Source: an uncultured bacterium (GTDB lineage Bacteria; Bacillota; Clostridia; Lachnospirales; Lachnospiraceae). Taken from it: a DNA stretch of 39,766 nucleotides. Where the stretch lies: positions 1 to 39,766 of the forward strand of contig CAMBUC010000001.1 in assembly GCA_945871045.1 (NCBI GenBank), given 5' to 3'. Positions 7,954 to 17,816 of the stretch are shown here, piece by piece (the stretch's first letter is position 1; each line of letters begins with the position of its first letter). The translations under genes were made by a program, and so were the position numbers. The notes beneath the pieces were generated by a model that had not been told where the DNA came from, made no database searches, and was given only the letters and a program-made list of their open reading frames with translations.

Positions 7954-9128
7954 TGGATCATGCAGTGATATCACCGAGTGCGGCAGACCGCTGGATCCAT
8001 TGTCCCGGATCCGTAGCACTGACAAAGGATCTGGAAGACAAGGGATCGACCTATGCAGCGGAAGGTACGCTTGCTCACAGCATCTGCGAGCTGAAGCTGC
8101 GCAAATATTTCGGGATCGCAAAGACTGGTGAGAAAAAGCCGATGGGTCCGAAAAAATATAAGTCGGAACTGGACAAGCTGAAGGCAGATCCTCTATATCA
8201 ATCGGAAATGGACGGATACACGGACGTTTACGTGGATCACATTAAAGATCAGTCGAACAGCTTTTCCTCAGCGCCAGCGGTATTCGTCGAACAGAGAGTC
8301 GATCTGTCGGAATACATACCCAGCGGATTCGGCAGTTCGGATTGCATTTTGATCCACGGCAGCGATTTATATGTCTATGACTTCAAATATGGCAAAGGCG
8401 TTCGAGTGGAGGCGGAGGACAACCCTCAGATGCGCCTTTACGCCTTGGGAGCGTATCTGATGTACCGGGAATTCTGGAAGATCGAACAGGTACATATGAC
8501 AATTGTACAGCCGCGGCTTCAGAATATTTGTCAGTCGGTTTTGCCGGTCAGCCAGCTGCTTGAATGGGCGGAAAAGGAGGTGAAACCGGCGGCGAAAAAA
8601 GCCGCGGACGGTGTACAGGAATACGCCTGCGGAGACTGGTGCCGATTCTGCAAGGTGAAAGCGACCTGCCGAACCCATGCGGACACCGTGGTAGACGGCG
8701 TATCCGATTTTGATCTGATGCAGCCGCCGCTGTTAAGCCTGACGGAGTTGGGGCTGCTTCTGACGAAATGTCAGCCCCTGCTCGACTATGCGAAGGCTGC
8801 GGAGGAATATGCTCTATCTCAGGCTCTGTCTGGAGAAAAAATTGAAGGATGGAAACTGGTAGAAGGACGCAGCAGACGCGTCTGGGATGATCAGGAAAAG
8901 GCTTTCGCTGACCTGAAGACCGCCGGTCTGCCAGAAGAGATGCTCTGGCACAGAGAGCCGTACACTTTGGCGCAGATCGAAAAACAGATGGGAAAGAAAG
9001 ATTTTGAGGAGGCCGTCGGTAATCATGTGATCCGGCAGCAGGGAAAACCGGCGCTGGTTTCGGAAAATGACAGCCGGCCGGAATATGTCGTGAAAAACGC
9101 AGAGGAAGATTTTAAAGAGATTGAATAA
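7953..9128 (+). CDS. DUF2800 PD-(D/E)xK exonuclease
   Basis: HAVISPSAADRWIHCPGS, GTLAH, GSSDC, DFKYGKG, WCRFCK; GTG start overlaps previous stop. Confidence 0.88.
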   Translation: MDHAVISPSAADRWIHCPGSVALTKDLEDKGSTYAAEGTLAHSICELKLRKYFGIAKTGEKKPMGPKKYKSELDKLKADPLYQSEMDGYTDVYVDHIKDQSNSFSSAPAVFVEQRVDLSEYIPSGFGSSDCILIHGSDLYVYDFKYGKGVRVEAEDNPQMRLYALGAYLMYREFWKIEQVHMTIVQPRLQNICQSVLPVSQLLEWAEKEVKPAAKKAADGVQEYACGDWCRFCKVKATCRTHADTVVDGVSDFDLMQPPLLSLTELGLLLTKCQPLLDYAKAAEEYALSQALSGEKIEGWKLVEGRSRRVWDDQEKAFADLKTAGLPEEMLWHREPYTLAQIEKQMGKKDFEEAVGNHVIRQQGKPALVSENDSRPEYVVKNAEEDFKEIE

Positions 9129-9145
9129 AAAGGAGGACATCAAAA

Positions 9146-9775
9146 ATGGCAAACAATAATCCTGCACATATCGTGCTGACCAACGTAAGACTGTCTTATA
9201 CACACTTGGATAAGCCGTATTCCAACAATGGCGGAGAACCGAAATATTCCGCGACAATTCTCGTGCCAAAGACGGATCCTGCGAATAAACAGAAAATCGA
9301 CGCTGCGATTCGTGCAGCGACCGCGCGGATGCGCGAGAAGAAAGGAAATTCTTTTCCTGAAACGCCGAAAACTTCAGTACACGACGGCGACGGGGTGCGT
9401 CCATCAGATGGCCAGCCGTTCGGAGACGAATGCAAAGGATGCTGGGTATTTACGGCATCAAGCAAGACTCAGCCGGACTGCCGCGACCAGTATAAACAGC
9501 CGCTGTTAGACGGATCTGAATTGTACAGTGGCGTATGGGCTCATGTAGGCGTGACGTTTTTCGGTTACGACTCCGGATCCAATAAGGGCATCGGCGTCGC
9601 GCTGGATACGGTAATGAAAGCGCGCGACGGCGAACCTCTGGGCGGCATGCGGGCAAGTGCCGATGACGACTTTGCAGATATTCCAACAACTGTCGCCGCA
9701 CCGGAAACCGCTGCTGCCGGATCCTCAACGATCACGGGATACGATCCGAATACTTTCGCCCCGATTTACGGTTAA
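9146..9775 (+). CDS. DUF2815 ssDNA-binding protein
   Basis: VRLSY..KYSATIL..DGD..YSG..NKGIG..GEPLGG, acidic tail. Confidence 0.88.
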   Translation: MANNNPAHIVLTNVRLSYTHLDKPYSNNGGEPKYSATILVPKTDPANKQKIDAAIRAATARMREKKGNSFPETPKTSVHDGDGVRPSDGQPFGDECKGCWVFTASSKTQPDCRDQYKQPLLDGSELYSGVWAHVGVTFFGYDSGSNKGIGVALDTVMKARDGEPLGGMRASADDDFADIPTTVAAPETAAAGSSTITGYDPNTFAPIYG

Positions 9776-9778
9776 GCT

Positions 9779-11731
9779 ATGCATCACATCAATATCGACA
9801 TTGAAACACGTTCTGACGTAGACATCGGCAAAGCCGGTGTCTACCGGTACGTGCAGTCTGAAACATTCGCGGTGCTGCTCATCGCTTACAGCGTCGACGG
9901 TGGACGGGTGAAAGTGATCGATGTGACGAAGGGCGAGGATGAGAGCGAGGTCCGCTGTCTGCTGACGGATCCGGGATACCGGAAACACGCATTCAACGCA
10001 GAATTCGAATGGGTTTGTCTGAGGAAACATACGGGTCTGCCACTGGATCCGGCCCAATGGAGGGATACCATGCTGCATGCGGCTTACTGTGGTTACGCAG
10101 GATCTCTGCAGTCGGTGGGTGCGGCAATGGGTCTGCCGGAGGATCAAAAGAAACTTTCTACAGGCCGGGCGTTGATCCGGCTTTTTTGTACCCCGCATAA
10201 GCACACAACGAAGGACACGCGAGACTGGATTCAGCCGGCGGATGAACCGGAGAAATGGAATCTGTTCAAAGAATATAACCGGCAGGATGTCATCGCAGAA
10301 CGTACTATTTGGGAACGTTTGGCAACCTGCCAGGTGCCGGAAATGGTCGAGATCCAATGGCGACAGAATCTTCTGATGAATGCACGGGGGGTCTGTGTAG
10401 ACACGCAGCTGGTCGAAGGTGCAATCCGTGCCGGAGACACGGCAGCACAGCCACTAAGGGAGGAAGCGCAAAAGCTGACGGGATTGGAAAATCCCAACAG
10501 CCCGGTACAGCTGAAAAAATATCTTACGGCGCAGGGCTGCACCGTAACGACATTGCGGCAGGAAGATTTGGATACTCTTCTTGCCGATGCTACGCTGCCG
10601 GCAAAGGTAAAGCGTGTTCTTGCGATCCGAAAAGAATTGGGCAAATCATCGATCAAGAAATACGAATCTGCACGTAACGTCGTATGTAAAGACGGGCGTG
10701 CACACGGGCTGCTGTCCTTTTACGGAGCGCGTACCGGGCGTTACGCCGGACGACTTATTCAGGTACAAAATCTGCCGCGGACGTATTTGCACGGTGATGT
10801 TTTGGATACGGCCAGAAATCTGGCCAGAAGGGCAGATTACCGAGGACTTCAAATGGTGTTTGGCAGTGTATCCGACACCTTATCTCAGTTGATTCGGACG
10901 ATCCTGATCCCAACGCCGGGTAACAAGTTTATCGATGCGGATTTTTCCTCCATCGAAGCGCGGGTTCTGGCGTGGCTGGCGGGAGAATCCTGGTCCCTGG
11001 AAGTCTTTCGGACACACGGTAAAATCTACGAAGCCCAAGCGTCGCAAATGTTCGGTGTGCCGCTCGAAAAGATCAGAAAAGGCAATCCGGAATACGCACT
11101 GCGACAAAAAGGCAAGGTCGCTGTGCTGGCTCTCGGTTATCAGGGCGGTGTCGGCGCATTGATCAGCATGGGAGCCTTGAACATGGGGATACCGGAAGAG
11201 GATCTGCAGGGGATTGTACAACTGTGGAGACGAACGAATCGCCGGTGCGTCGCTCTTTGGAAAGCGGTGGAACGCTGCGCAAAGGAGACGATTCGAACCG
11301 GACGCCAGACGGCGGCAGGAAAAGTTCTTTTTACACGTGAAATCGACACGCACAACGACTTTCTGACGATCCAAATCCCTTCAGGAAGAAAACTGTTCTA
11401 CGTCCGCCCGGCGGTGGAACAGGATCGTATCACTTTCTGGGGGCAAAATCAGACGACACGGAAGTGGTCAAAACAAGAAACTTACGGCGGCAAGTTAGTG
11501 GAAAACATCGTCCAGGCAGTGGCGAGAGACTGTCTGGTAGAAAAATTACTGCAGTTAGAAGCAGCCGGATACAACATCGTCTTTCATATTCATGATGAGG
11601 TCATCATCGATGCGCGGCAGGATCAGCATCTGGCGGACGTGGTGGAAATCATGAAAAAACCGGTGTCCTGGGCGCCGGATCTGCCGCTGAACGCAGACGG
11701 TTGGGAAGGGGAATACTTTACAAAAGATTAG
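9779..11731 (+). CDS. Family A DNA polymerase
   Basis: IDIET exo I, DFSSIEARV motif A, RQKGKVAVLALGY motif B, HIHDE motif C. Confidence 0.95.
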   Translation: MHHINIDIETRSDVDIGKAGVYRYVQSETFAVLLIAYSVDGGRVKVIDVTKGEDESEVRCLLTDPGYRKHAFNAEFEWVCLRKHTGLPLDPAQWRDTMLHAAYCGYAGSLQSVGAAMGLPEDQKKLSTGRALIRLFCTPHKHTTKDTRDWIQPADEPEKWNLFKEYNRQDVIAERTIWERLATCQVPEMVEIQWRQNLLMNARGVCVDTQLVEGAIRAGDTAAQPLREEAQKLTGLENPNSPVQLKKYLTAQGCTVTTLRQEDLDTLLADATLPAKVKRVLAIRKELGKSSIKKYESARNVVCKDGRAHGLLSFYGARTGRYAGRLIQVQNLPRTYLHGDVLDTARNLARRADYRGLQMVFGSVSDTLSQLIRTILIPTPGNKFIDADFSSIEARVLAWLAGESWSLEVFRTHGKIYEAQASQMFGVPLEKIRKGNPEYALRQKGKVAVLALGYQGGVGALISMGALNMGIPEEDLQGIVQLWRRTNRRCVALWKAVERCAKETIRTGRQTAAGKVLFTREIDTHNDFLTIQIPSGRKLFYVRPAVEQDRITFWGQNQTTRKWSKQETYGGKLVENIVQAVARDCLVEKLLQLEAAGYNIVFHIHDEVIIDARQDQHLADVVEIMKKPVSWAPDLPLNADGWEGEYFTKD

Positions 11732-11740
11732 GAGGCGGAG

Positions 11741-14158
11741 ATGAAATACAGCAGACTTTTGCGACTGTCGGCTGCCGGATCCCGCAGAGCGGCTAACTGG
11801 CCTTTGCAACGAATGAACCTGGAAGATTTTTATAGCCGGCTGAAAACACCGGTGCGCAGCGCGGAAACACTGGACGCTTATCTGCGGATGCCGAAAGCGA
11901 AGCAGGATGAGCTGAAAGACATCGGCGGCTATGTCTTTGGCGTGTTGGAGGGTGGAAAACGCCGTGCAGGTCATGTACAGGAACGTGACGGTGTAACTTT
12001 AGACGCCGACAATATACCGCCGGGTGGAACGGAGGATATCCTGCGGCGTGTGGAAGCGTTGGGCTGTAGCTATGTGGTCTATTCCACGCGAAAACACCGG
12101 CCGGGGGCTCCACGGCTGCGGATTGTACTGCCGCTGGATCGCGGCGTGACCGCAGACGAGTATGAACCAGTGGCGCGTAAAATTGCAGAAATTATCGATC
12201 CTACCATGGCGATCTACGACCCGACGACCTTCGAGCCGTCCCGACTGATGTACTGGCCGAGCTGTTGTGCTGACAGCGAGTATGTGTACCGGTACGGAGA
12301 CAAACCGATGCTTAACGCCGACGGTATTCTGGAAAAATACACCGACTGGCAGGACTGGTCCTCTTGGCCGCAGGTGCCGGGAATCGCAGAGAAATATCGG
12401 AGATCTGCGCAGAGGCAGCAGGACCCGGAGACGAAGAACGGTATCGTCGGCGCGTGGTGCAGAGTGCATCCACTAACGGAGACACTGATGACCGTACTGG
12501 ACGGGATCTACCGGTCGACGGATCAACCGGATCGCTGGTCTTATGCAGCAGGAAGTACTACCGGCGGCGCATTAGTGTATGATGATAAATTTCTCTATTC
12601 TCATCATGCAACCGATCCCGCGGGAGGGCAGCTGTGCAACAGTTTCGATCTGTGCCGACTCCATCTGTTTGGTGATCGGGACGATAATGTAAAGCCGGAT
12701 ACCCCGGTGAACCGGTTGCCGAGTTACAAGGAAATGTGCGCCTATGCGCGAAGCGACGCAAAGGTAGCCGATCTGATCAATACCGAACGGTACGCTGCGG
12801 TAACAGCGGATCTGGCAGAGATGCCGGAGACGGAACGGGAAAGATCTCTCGATGTGTCCTGGATGCAGAATCTGAAAATCAGCGAATCCGGGAAAATAGA
12901 ACATACGGCAAACAACGTTCTCATCATGCTGCAGGGAGATCCGCGGCTGAAAGAAAAGCTGCAGTACAACGAGTTCAGCAAGCGGATCGAAGGCGTAGGT
13001 GTGATGCCTTGGGCGGGCAGAGAAAAAGAGGAATCTTTTGAATGGACGGACAACGACGATGCGGGACTGCGGATGTACACGGAGAAACTGTTGGGCTACC
13101 GTACGGAAGCCGCGGTGAAGGACGCCCTGGTACAGGCGGCGATGACACGATCGCATAACCCTCTGCAGGATTATTTGAACGGACTGGTTTGGGACGGTGT
13201 GCCGCGGCTGGATACCGTGTATATCGACTATTTCGGGGATGAGGATAACATTTATACCAGAGAAGTCGGGCGAAAGAGTCTCACAGCGGCCGTGGCCCGG
13301 GCGATGCAGCCGGGAATAAAGTATGACACCATGGTGGTGATCTCCGGTCCTCAGGGGACTTGTAAGACGACTTTCGTCGAGAGGATAGGCAAGAGCTGGC
13401 AGACGTCGCTTCTGGTGTCCTTTAAAGACCCAAAGGCGGTAGCGGAGGTGCTTCAAAACAACTGGATTGTCGAGATTGCGGAACTGTCTTCCTTGAACAA
13501 AGCAGACAACAACACGGTCAAACAGATCATCACGCAGACTTCGGATGAATACCGTGCAGCCTACGCACGAAGTACGGAGAAGCATAAGCGGCACAGTGTG
13601 TTTTTCGGCACGACCAACGACATGGAATACCTGAAGGATCCGACAGGAAACCGGCGATTCTGGCCGATTCACTGCGGACCAAAACCGGAAAAACACATCT
13701 GGGAGGAACTGACACCGCAGGCAGTCGATCAGCTGTGGGCGGAAGCGGTCACCTACTGGCGCATTGGAGAGCCGCTGATCCTGTCCAAAGAGGCGGAAGC
13801 CATTGCTGAAACACGCAGAGAGGAGCACCTGGAACGGGACGAACTGGAGGGACTGATCGCAGCTTTTTTGGAACGACCAGTGCCGTCTGACTGGTTGAAA
13901 ATGGCTTCATCGCAAAGGGAAATGTTTCTAAGTGGCGCGGATAAGAAAGAATACGAGCTTGTCTTGAGAGACCGAATTTGTGTGGCAGAGATCTGGAGAG
14001 AGTGTTTGGAAGAGTACCGAAAAAACATCCGCCAACAGGACAGTCGGCGGATTGCACGGATCATGGATCGAATGCCTGAGTGGGAACGGACCAAGATCAT
14101 CTGGTTCGGTACAGATTACGGTAGGCAGAAAGGGTGGATTCGAAAAGGTTTACCATAA
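11741..14158 (+). CDS. Primase-helicase (VapE/VirE family)
   Basis: LDAD..YSTRKH..PRLRIVLPL N-domain; GPQGTCKT, EIAEL, FFGTTN, DPTGNRRFWP. Confidence 0.9.
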   Translation: MKYSRLLRLSAAGSRRAANWPLQRMNLEDFYSRLKTPVRSAETLDAYLRMPKAKQDELKDIGGYVFGVLEGGKRRAGHVQERDGVTLDADNIPPGGTEDILRRVEALGCSYVVYSTRKHRPGAPRLRIVLPLDRGVTADEYEPVARKIAEIIDPTMAIYDPTTFEPSRLMYWPSCCADSEYVYRYGDKPMLNADGILEKYTDWQDWSSWPQVPGIAEKYRRSAQRQQDPETKNGIVGAWCRVHPLTETLMTVLDGIYRSTDQPDRWSYAAGSTTGGALVYDDKFLYSHHATDPAGGQLCNSFDLCRLHLFGDRDDNVKPDTPVNRLPSYKEMCAYARSDAKVADLINTERYAAVTADLAEMPETERERSLDVSWMQNLKISESGKIEHTANNVLIMLQGDPRLKEKLQYNEFSKRIEGVGVMPWAGREKEESFEWTDNDDAGLRMYTEKLLGYRTEAAVKDALVQAAMTRSHNPLQDYLNGLVWDGVPRLDTVYIDYFGDEDNIYTREVGRKSLTAAVARAMQPGIKYDTMVVISGPQGTCKTTFVERIGKSWQTSLLVSFKDPKAVAEVLQNNWIVEIAELSSLNKADNNTVKQIITQTSDEYRAAYARSTEKHKRHSVFFGTTNDMEYLKDPTGNRRFWPIHCGPKPEKHIWEELTPQAVDQLWAEAVTYWRIGEPLILSKEAEAIAETRREEHLERDELEGLIAAFLERPVPSDWLKMASSQREMFLSGADKKEYELVLRDRICVAEIWRECLEEYRKNIRQQDSRRIARIMDRMPEWERTKIIWFGTDYGRQKGWIRKGLP

Positions 14159-14173
14159 CATTTATACTGGCTT

Positions 14174-14403
14174 CGGTATACATCCGAGGAGTTATGTATA
14201 CCGTTTATACCCAGAAAAACACATCAGTATACATTTCGGTATACATACAAAACGTTGAAATATCAACGGAAAATTAAGAATGTATACCGATTATACCAAA
14301 AAAAAGCTATGTAGATAAAAATAGGGGATTAGGGAGAAAAATAACTGCCTAAATTGCCTAATCGGCCTATTTTATAAAAGTTGGTGCTGTTATCGGTATA
14401 CAT
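14174..14403. repeat. Putative replication origin with CGGTATACAT repeats in both orientations
   Basis: Direct copies 14174, 14237, 14394 (variant 14225); inverted copies 14194, 14280; AT-rich; GCCTA x3. Confidence 0.7.
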
Positions 14404-14484
14404 GAATAACAAGTGAAATAAAAAGTTCTGGAAAGGCTTGATTCCACAGTGCAAGTGGATTTTGTGAAGTTTACCATAACAATT

Positions 14485-14625
14485 ATGAATACGGAACTAT
14501 TGGGAGGTGTTGTAGCCGAATGTATCGCATGTTCGGAATGCGAATATCAGTTAGATTATTTTGGGGATGTCGGAGCGTCTGACTACTGCCCTAACTGCGG
14601 AGCGAAGATGGAGGAAATAAAATGA
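14485..14625 (+). CDS. Small zinc-ribbon protein (start uncertain)
   Basis: CSECEY..YCPNCGAKME; ATGA overlap with next gene. Confidence 0.55.
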   Translation: MNTELLGGVVAECIACSECEYQLDYFGDVGASDYCPNCGAKMEEIK

Positions 14626-15306
14626 AAAAGTATGAATTTACGGGCGAAGTAAAGCGGATTAAATTGATAGGCACAGAGGTAGTGTTGCGCAGAATACGAG
14701 CGGTTACGGCATTCGGAGGCGTCGAAGCCGGATATAGGCGGCTGGATTGAAAAAGAGGAGAATCTGTCTCATGATGGTAGCGCATGGGTGCACAGCAGCG
14801 CATGGGTGTACGGCGACGCCAGAGTGTACGGCGACGCCAGAGTGCGCGGCGACGCCAGAGTGTACGGCGACGCCAGAGTGCGCGGCGACGCGTGGGTGTA
14901 CGGCAACGCCAGAGTGTACGGCGACGCCAGAGTGTACGGCGACGCCGAAGTGTGCGGCGACGCATGGGTGTACGGCCACGCCAGAGTGCACGGCAACGCC
15001 AGAGTGTACGGCGACGCCAGAGTGTGCGGCAACGCCGAAGTGTGCGGCGACGCCGAAGTATATTCTGCAAACCATATTTTTTCGATCGGACCTGTCGGAA
15101 GCCGTGACGGACACACCACATTTTATAGAAACAAGAATAAAAAAATTGAGGTAAGGTGCGGCTGTTTTAATGGAAGAATTGAGGAATTCATCGAAAAAGT
15201 GGCAGAAACACACGGCAAAAATAAACATGCATCCGTATATAGAGCCGCTGCTGAGATTGCAAAATTGCAGATTGAGCCCTTAAGTACGGACAAGGAGGCG
15301 GAATAA
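14622..15306 (+). pseudogene. Hexapeptide-repeat (beta-helix-like) phage protein, frameshifted near 14732
   Basis: SD GGAGG + MKKYEFTGE..FGGVEAG stops at 14750; IGGWIEKEENLSH..(VYGDAR)n..VRCGCF continues in the +1 frame. Confidence 0.75.
14803..15054 (+). repeat. 14 x 18-bp coding tandem repeat (AGAGTGTACGGCGACGCC consensus)
   Basis: Units counted from translation, WVYGDA to EVCGDA. Confidence 0.93.
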
Positions 15307-15371
15307 TGGCGGAATGCATTGAAAGGATGCGAGGATGCGACAAAAAAGTTATATGAAGAGGGGAGAGAAGA

Positions 15372-15659
15372 ATGACAGCAAGAGAAGAATGCCTGAAGAA
15401 GGCTATGGAAATTGTATGCACAGACAGAGAGTCGCAGTACGGGGCGCCTGAAGATAATTTTGCGAAAATTGCAGATTTTTGGAGTGATTACTTGGGATAT
15501 CACGTAACAACAGAAGACGTACCGATGATGATGGCCTTGCTTAAAATAGCGCGGGCAGCTACCGGGAAATTTAAGGCGGATAATTACATTGACCTCGCAG
15601 GATATGCGGCTTGCGGGATGGAGATTGCAGAAAGGAACACTGTAGGTGAATCAAAATGA
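15372..15659 (+). CDS. DUF6378-like protein
   Basis: DRESQYG.PEDNF..IA..W..MMALLKIAR..DNYIDLAGYAA. Confidence 0.8.
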   Translation: MTAREECLKKAMEIVCTDRESQYGAPEDNFAKIADFWSDYLGYHVTTEDVPMMMALLKIARAATGKFKADNYIDLAGYAACGMEIAERNTVGESK

Positions 15660-15973
15660 GGGAATCTAAAATAGAACGTGAATTGGTGGAGAGAGTGAAA
15701 CAGGCCGGCGGTATGGCATACAAGCTGGTGAGCCCGGGGAATAACGGCATGCCGGATCGGTTGGTGATTTTTCCGGATCAGTCTCCGATCTTTGTGGAGC
15801 TGAAAACAGAAAAAGGTGTACTGAGCCGAATGCAAAAGAGACAGATCAAGAGACTGGTGGATTTGGGGCAGGATGTCGATGTGATTTGCGGAATCGATGA
15901 ACTGTCTCAGTTCTTTCAGGATGCGGGATTTACTGAGATCAGCAAAGCGATCGACTGTAAGTATGATTTGTGA
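15656..15973 (+). CDS. VRR-NUC nuclease
   Basis: MRESKIE..GMPDRLV..FVELK. Confidence 0.9.
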   Translation: MRESKIERELVERVKQAGGMAYKLVSPGNNGMPDRLVIFPDQSPIFVELKTEKGVLSRMQKRQIKRLVDLGQDVDVICGIDELSQFFQDAGFTEISKAIDCKYDL

Positions 15974-15981
15974 GGACAGAC

Positions 15982-17364
15982 ATGGAATTTCAACCGTATG
16001 AATATCAGAAAGTATGCATCCAGCAGGTGATGGAAAAACCGGCCTGTGCTTTGTGGCTGGATATGGGTCTGGGCAAGACGATGATATCTCTGATGGCGAT
16101 CAATGAACTGCGGTATAACCGGTTTGAGATTGGGAAGGTCCTGGTGATTGCCCCGAAGAAGGTGGCAGAAGCGACTTGGCAGGACGAAGCTGCCCGGTGG
16201 GATAACACGAAGCACTTGCGGTTTTCTACCGTGCTTGGCAGTCAGAGCAAGCGTATTCAGGCATTATGCGCGTCTGCTGACATCTACGTGATTAACCGTG
16301 ACAATGTGAAATGGCTGGTGGAATATTACCGAAATGACTGGCCGTTCGACATGGTTGTTATCGATGAAGCCAGCAGCTTTAAATCGAATAAGGCACAGCG
16401 GTGGAAAGCTTTAAAATCGATCCGGCCGCATATCAAACGGATGGTAGAGCTGACGGGAACACCGGCACCACACAGCCTGTTAGATCTCTGGCCGCAGATC
16501 TATTTGCTGGATCAGGGGGAACGCTTGGGAAAGACGATCACCGGATTTCGTGACCGATACTTCAATCCGGACAAGCGCAGCGCAACACAGATTTTTTCCT
16601 GGGAAGCAAAAAGTGGAGCAGAGGATACCATTAAATCTCTGCTTTCCGATATCTGTATCAGCATGAAATCAGAAGATTATCTGCAGTTGCCTCCGGTGAT
16701 CGAAGATTACCGGCCCGTGGTTTTGTCTTCCAATGCACAGAAGGCGTATGATCGTATGGAGAATGATGCTTTACTGCAGGTCGACGATCAGACGATTGAT
16801 GCGGGAAGTGCAGCGGTACTGACGAATAAGCTTCTTCAGCTTTGCAATGGAGCCGTGTACGATGAAGTTAAGTGTGTAGTACCGGTACACGACTGTAAGA
16901 TCGAAGCTTTTCTGGAATTGGTGGAAGGGCTGCAGGGACAGCATGCACTTGTATTTTACAGCTATCAGCATGACAGAACGCGCTTGCTAAAAGCTTTGGA
17001 AAAAAGCGCCCGAACGGTAAAAGTGTATACCGGTGCGGAGGATGAACGCGCCTGGAATGCCGGTCAAATCGACATCTTACTTGCGCATCCTGCCAGTTGT
17101 GCATACGGTCTGAACCTGCAGCGGGGAGGACACCATGTTATCTGGTTCGGACTTACCTGGTCGTTAGAACTCTATCAGCAGGCCAACAAGCGGCTGCATC
17201 GAAACGGTCAGACACAGCCGGTGATTGTACATCATCTGATTACGAAGAACGGCATGGATGAGGACGTGCTGGCTTCTTTACAGGAAAAAGCCGATACGCA
17301 GGAGGCTCTCCTGCAGGCACTGAAAGTCCGGATCCGGAAAGCGAAAGAAGGGAGAGCATCGTAA
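15982..17364 (+). CDS. SNF2-like SF2 helicase
   Basis: DMGLGKT, VIDEAS, LTGTP, GLNLQ, QANKRLHRNGQ. Confidence 0.93.
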   Translation: MEFQPYEYQKVCIQQVMEKPACALWLDMGLGKTMISLMAINELRYNRFEIGKVLVIAPKKVAEATWQDEAARWDNTKHLRFSTVLGSQSKRIQALCASADIYVINRDNVKWLVEYYRNDWPFDMVVIDEASSFKSNKAQRWKALKSIRPHIKRMVELTGTPAPHSLLDLWPQIYLLDQGERLGKTITGFRDRYFNPDKRSATQIFSWEAKSGAEDTIKSLLSDICISMKSEDYLQLPPVIEDYRPVVLSSNAQKAYDRMENDALLQVDDQTIDAGSAAVLTNKLLQLCNGAVYDEVKCVVPVHDCKIEAFLELVEGLQGQHALVFYSYQHDRTRLLKALEKSARTVKVYTGAEDERAWNAGQIDILLAHPASCAYGLNLQRGGHHVIWFGLTWSLELYQQANKRLHRNGQTQPVIVHHLITKNGMDEDVLASLQEKADTQEALLQALKVRIRKAKEGRAS

Positions 17365-17522
17365 TGAAGACGATTATAACATTTTGTAATGAGTGTAGAC
17401 ATTGTGAAGTACTTTCCAATGTAGAACCCTGCAGGCTTTGTCTGGAATATGGACTGCGTTGGGGCGCGCCGGTCTGTTTTGAACGCAACAATGAGGAGGA
17501 AGAGGATGCCGAAAAGCGTTAA
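17364..17522 (+). CDS. Cys-rich 52-aa hypothetical protein (not in ORF track)
   Basis: TAATG coupling; FCNECRHC..PCRLC. Confidence 0.6.
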   Translation: MKTIITFCNECRHCEVLSNVEPCRLCLEYGLRWGAPVCFERNNEEEEDAEKR

Positions 17523-17792
17523 AAAAAAAAAACGATTACCATGCCGGTTTCAAAGTATCGAAAAGAACGCCGGGAAGACGCGGCAAAAGTAATGGATACC
17601 TGTCTTATGGCGATGCTTTGGGCGTTGCATAATACGGAAGGCTTCGGTGAAAAACGACTGGTAAGAGTTTTGGAAGAGACAGACCGCATTGCCGATTACA
17701 TATCTGAGCATCGTCTGACTGTTAAAGATATCCGAAGAACGCTAAAAGAAGAGACGGGTCTAAGTTTTCGTCAGCAGGATACAGACAGGTGA
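17506..17792 (+). pseudogene. Phage protein interrupted at an A12 tract (or intact from ATG 17541)
   Basis: SD GAGGAGG/AGAGG precedes ATG 17506; A12 at 17521-17532 puts it out of frame with the ..EGFGEKRLVRV.. body. Confidence 0.6.
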
Positions 17793-17816
17793 GACATTTG
17801 TTTGCAGGAGGTGTGC

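Noticed and set aside
7953-9128. Cas4-like nuclease as evidence of a CRISPR-Cas locus
   Set aside because: Standard member of the DUF2800-DUF2815-PolA module; no other cas genes
12572-13828. Long antisense ORFs (also 6623-7480, 20469-21416, 30740-31717, 31969-32790)
   Set aside because: Shadows of well-supported sense genes; no SD or recognisable motifs
14803-15054. 18-bp repeats as a CRISPR array, and their alternative-frame ORFs
   Set aside because: No spacers; perfectly periodic coding repeat keeps all frames open
15306-15356. SD-led ORF MAECIER..
   Set aside because: Stops after 16 codons; probably a deletion remnant
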